Assembly: GCF_003704095.1 (NCBI RefSeq)
Contig: NW_020845038.1
Location: forward strand, 62,001-126,000
Direction of reading: 5' to 3'
Length of the DNA stretch: 64,000 nt
Source of the DNA: Pocillopora damicornis
Taxonomy: Eukaryota
Position numbers and translations under genes: made by a program. Below are positions 60,601 to 64,000 of the stretch, piece after piece (positions within the stretch are counted from its first letter, which is position 1; the number at the start of each line of letters is the position of its first letter). The notes under the pieces were generated by a model. The model did not search any database. It saw only the letters and a list, made by a program, of their open reading frames with translations, and was not told the origin of the DNA.

Positions 60601-62157
60601 CCGAGGTCTTTCTCGCAATAAGCTGGAAAAGGAGTGAGAACGAGTTAGAGAGAGTATACTCAGCATGGCGTTAAAGGATTTAATCCTAGCGATCAACTCC
60701 AAAGTGTGAAGGAAAGCCATTGAATAACGAACCTAGAGAAAAATTTTACAAATATTGATTGATATGAAGTTTTCGATTCAGATTATTAATCAGTAAGCAT
60801 ATCGCGAAATCCCATCAGACATGTTTACGAGGAACCTGGAACCTGGTGAAAAACACTAGAAAGATTGATTGATTTACGTTTTCGATTTAGATGAATACTC
60901 GGTGAACATACCGCGAAATCCCATCAGAACTGTCTACGAGGAAGACGAGGACGCTGACTTTGGGTGAGTGTACAGTTCAAGGTTAACATTTTTTATGGTT
61001 GGTTGACTCTCTCCGCATACGTCTCTTACTAACTGCACCAAAGTGTAAATAAATTTAGAGAGTAATAGAGTGCATTTTTTCCAAGGACAACATTTCTGAA
61101 CAGCGGAAGCAGTCTTTAAAGAAATTGTGGCCGAGTGCGGCAGATCTTTCCGAAAACATGGACCTGTGAATGTGTATAGAGCTAAAATTACCTCAAAATG
61201 TCGGAAAATAAAATTGTTCGGCGTCAACGAAGAGCGCAAAAATAGTGTGGCGCAACGTAAAACTTGTCAACATTTTTCTCTCGAAATAGGGAGATATTGA
61301 GAAAGATTACACAGACCTGCGGAAGTAGCGCAGTTTAATCTACCAAATTGCATAATCCTACTCTTACATAAAAGTTTAATCGTCCTTTCAAGATCTACAT
61401 ACCAGTCAGTAAAGCATTGAAAAGTGCGAATGACAACTTGCACATGAAAGTGATCGAATGTGCTTCACGTAACGCTAAGCGTTAATTGCTTTTTCAGGCG
61501 CGTCTTTTGGCGTGCGCTTCTTTCATCTCACACGCATTTATCGAGCCAGATAGGCCTTGTCCGCCATTAACTATCAAACAATGAGTTCTCCTGATAACGC
61601 AGATTTTCGTGTTTTTTTCCAACATCATCTCTCGAAATAGGGAGATATTTAGAAAGATTACACAGAACTGTGGTAGTGGCGCGGTTTCATTTACCAAATT
61701 GCATGATCTTACCCCTACAAAAAAGTTCACTCGTCTGCTCATGATCTACACACCAGTCAGTAAAGCATTGAAAAGCGCTAATGACAACTCGCGCACAAAA
61801 GTGGCCGCATGTGGTTTACGTAACGCCAAGCGTTACTTGCTTTTTCAGGGGCGTCTTCTGGCTTGCGTTTCTTTCATCTCACACGCATTTACCGAATCAG
61901 AGTGGCCTTGTCTGCCAATTGGCTATCAAACAATGGGTTCCTGATCACGCAGATTTTCATGTTTTTTTTTGTTTTGTTTTGTTTTCTTCAGGAAAGCGAA
62001 GACCCTTGATGATGGTAAGATCCAGTGCACTCTGAAAGTGGACTGGGGAGAGTACAATGGAAAGGGACCGAACATGAAGATTGCTAAAGCTACAGCTGCC
62101 AAGCTTGCTATTGAAGGACTGAAAAAGAAATACGCTGCGGTGTACGAGGAAGAGTAA
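54654..62157 (+). CDS. DICER: Dicer-like endoribonuclease, copy E (exons 4-12; 5' exons lost in gaps), with a 1-nt frameshift in exon 7; possible pseudogene
   Basis: Exons 54654-55093, 55673-55842, 56431-56563, 57033-57247, 57626-57799, 58082-60019, 60334-60505, 60891-60963, 61992-62157. PAZ, both RNase III signatures and dsRBD intact; exon 7 is 215 nt versus 219 nt in copy B. Confidence 0.9.
61275..61975. repeat. Two diverged ~350-bp tandem units in the last intron of copy E
   Basis: tctctcgaaatagggagatatt..gaaagattacacaga…accagtcagtaaagcattgaaaag…ctatcaaacaatg occurs twice (from ~61277 and ~61628); the equivalent intron is 358 nt in fragment C versus 1028 nt here. Confidence 0.85.
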
Positions 62158-64000
62158 GAGTCAGAGTGGGCTTGGAGGACATCAATGTTGCAGCAAAGGT
62201 GCTTTCTTAGATTTGTATTGTTGAGATAATGCTGTGGAACACTGTTACAGTAATAGGAAGTAGATTTCTTATGTACCTATGATAATATTTGTACGTTATC
62301 TTCCACAATGAACATCCCTTTCTAGGAGCTACGTTTATGTAGGTGACCTACCTTGAATGAATGGGCGTCATTTACAATTACTTTGTGTTACAAATGTCCC
62401 TTAAATGTTGTGAACGACTTTCTCAGAAATCGATGACAGTCTAGACATTTGTCTAGAGACGTTTGCATTATTAATACGGCTTTGAAATATTTTTTATTTA
62501 AATTTTGTCTTTTTAGTGACTTTTGTTTTTAACTTGTAGGCTTCCCTAAAAATTAAAAATATTTTTTATTCACTTTTTATCTGTTTAATGACTCTTGTTT
62601 TTATCTTGTGGGCGTCAGGGCATTGTCGCTAACAATTTATGGAAAATAAAGAAAAACTGAAACGAACAAGAGAACACCGAAAAAAAAAATAGAAAACTCT
62701 AACAGCAATAACAGTGAAAGTTCACCATAGCAATGCCTTGGTATATGAGTTTTTAATTGATGAAGATAAAATTTTAGTTTTAAATCGTTTCCTGGAAATC
62801 AGGCATTTCCTTAAAAAAACGTTACCAGTTTTAAGTGCGGCAAAAGTGTACATGTAAGAATGCAAGAATGATTTTGGTAATCGTGATATGTGTTGTAGTT
62901 GTAAATAGTGAAGCTGAAATGAAATAGAAAGTCCTGTGTAAAATAACTTTACATAAATGAGAGAATAGTTTGTCATTACTCTTTAAAAATGCCGCGTAAT
63001 TCCATAATAAATAATAATTTTAACTAGCATAAATTTGCTTGAATGTGTATTACAAATGGCTACGTTACTCGCTGTCCGTGACAGATAGGGAGATAAGTGG
63101 TCAAAAGAGGATAAGCGAGCATGTTCGCTTAAATTCTTCAGAGACCGAAAGAAGCTCTCACAGGAGGAACCCCAGTTTGGTTTCTGCGTCTAATTAAAAT
63201 TAACGCTTCTGCTATTTATCCACCGTGTGACCTTTTATTCGTGACTTCCTCAAGAATCTATTGGTTTAAAATAACGATGTCGTACGCCAACTTGGTGAAC
63301 GTGGCGTTTATCTCAAGCATAACAGTTCGTTGATACTTAACAGTGTCATAGCTACTTCGCCTGCGCAAAGTGAGACGAAGTGAAAGTCTATGTGGCGAGA
63401 GAAATCTCTGCTGTGTGCATTTTGCTAAACCGTAAAACATACCTCTGCATAGTAAGAAGTCGCTTTGATTTAGAAGCCTACAAACTGTTCTTCGCACAGT
63501 GTTAGGTACTGTGCAGGACACTCTTTGCCAATGCTTACTAGAAACAACTGTGCAAGACGCCATCTTGCTTTAAACTTAGACCATTTTCACTATGCGTTGC
63601 TCCTCAAGTTTGAAGTTGTGTTTACTCAGGTACACACCTGTGAACGAAGCGCACATCCAGGTGGAAGACAATGCGTTAGCATCTCACATGTGTCACTTGT
63701 GGATTTGCCTGGGCACGTGATTTGATTTGAGTTTCGCTTGTGAATTTGGCTATCAATGTTCTTTTTTTCTTTATCGTTTGGTTAAGAAAACGTAGTCACT
63801 TAGGTTTGCTTTAGAGAGAGAAATAACGAAAATTTCCTCGACGACCTAGATTTTCCTACTACATTTAGTAACAAGATTTCCGTACAGCCACATACTTCAT
63901 TATGCGTACATCTTTTGGATAAAGAAATCAAGGGCAAAAATAATAGATTCTCTACCTCTCGCAAATCACGACGGCGACAGCAACGAGGACGTAGCAAAAA
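62158..64000 (+). repeat. Downstream flank of copy E, paralogous to the reverse complement of 46490-49060
   Basis: Collinear 3' UTR and flank sequence up to the last bases of the window (gcaaatcacgacggc…gaggacgt.gcaaaaa = reverse complement of ~46490-46521). Confidence 0.85.

Noticed and set aside
49000-62200. Multi-kb inverted repeat (C versus D/E) as a natural hairpin or dsRNA source for Dicer autoregulation
   Set aside because: Its centre is a placeholder gap, and the orientation is better explained by a flipped contig

Overview
AT-rich, intron-rich animal genomic DNA from a gapped draft scaffold. The repeat content and gene style suggest a cnidarian, probably a stony coral (inference). 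The left part holds a 10-exon KAT5/Tip60 gene (-), a divergently transcribed intronless gene encoding an N-terminal SOCS box fused to a NEK-like pseudokinase (+), PNO1 (-) and a 4-exon orphan gene (-). The right ~36 kb is a recently expanded Dicer cluster, seen as five fragments in both orientations. They reassemble into three head-to-tail ~1,530-aa Dicer paralogues if contig 34281-51680 is flipped. The paralogues share a duplicated promoter block with STAT (GAS) and IRF-type motifs and differ mainly in the helicase-insert, DUF283 and PAZ regions. The third copy has helicase-motif substitutions, a frameshift and a newly opened intronic ATG in frame with PAZ-RNase III-dsRBD, so it is either a pseudogene or a helicase-less Dicer. 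Introns carry many MITEs, tRNA-derived SINEs and a decayed LINE, and one spacer holds a probable solo LTR. All exon boundaries were read by eye from GT-AG sites and frame continuity.
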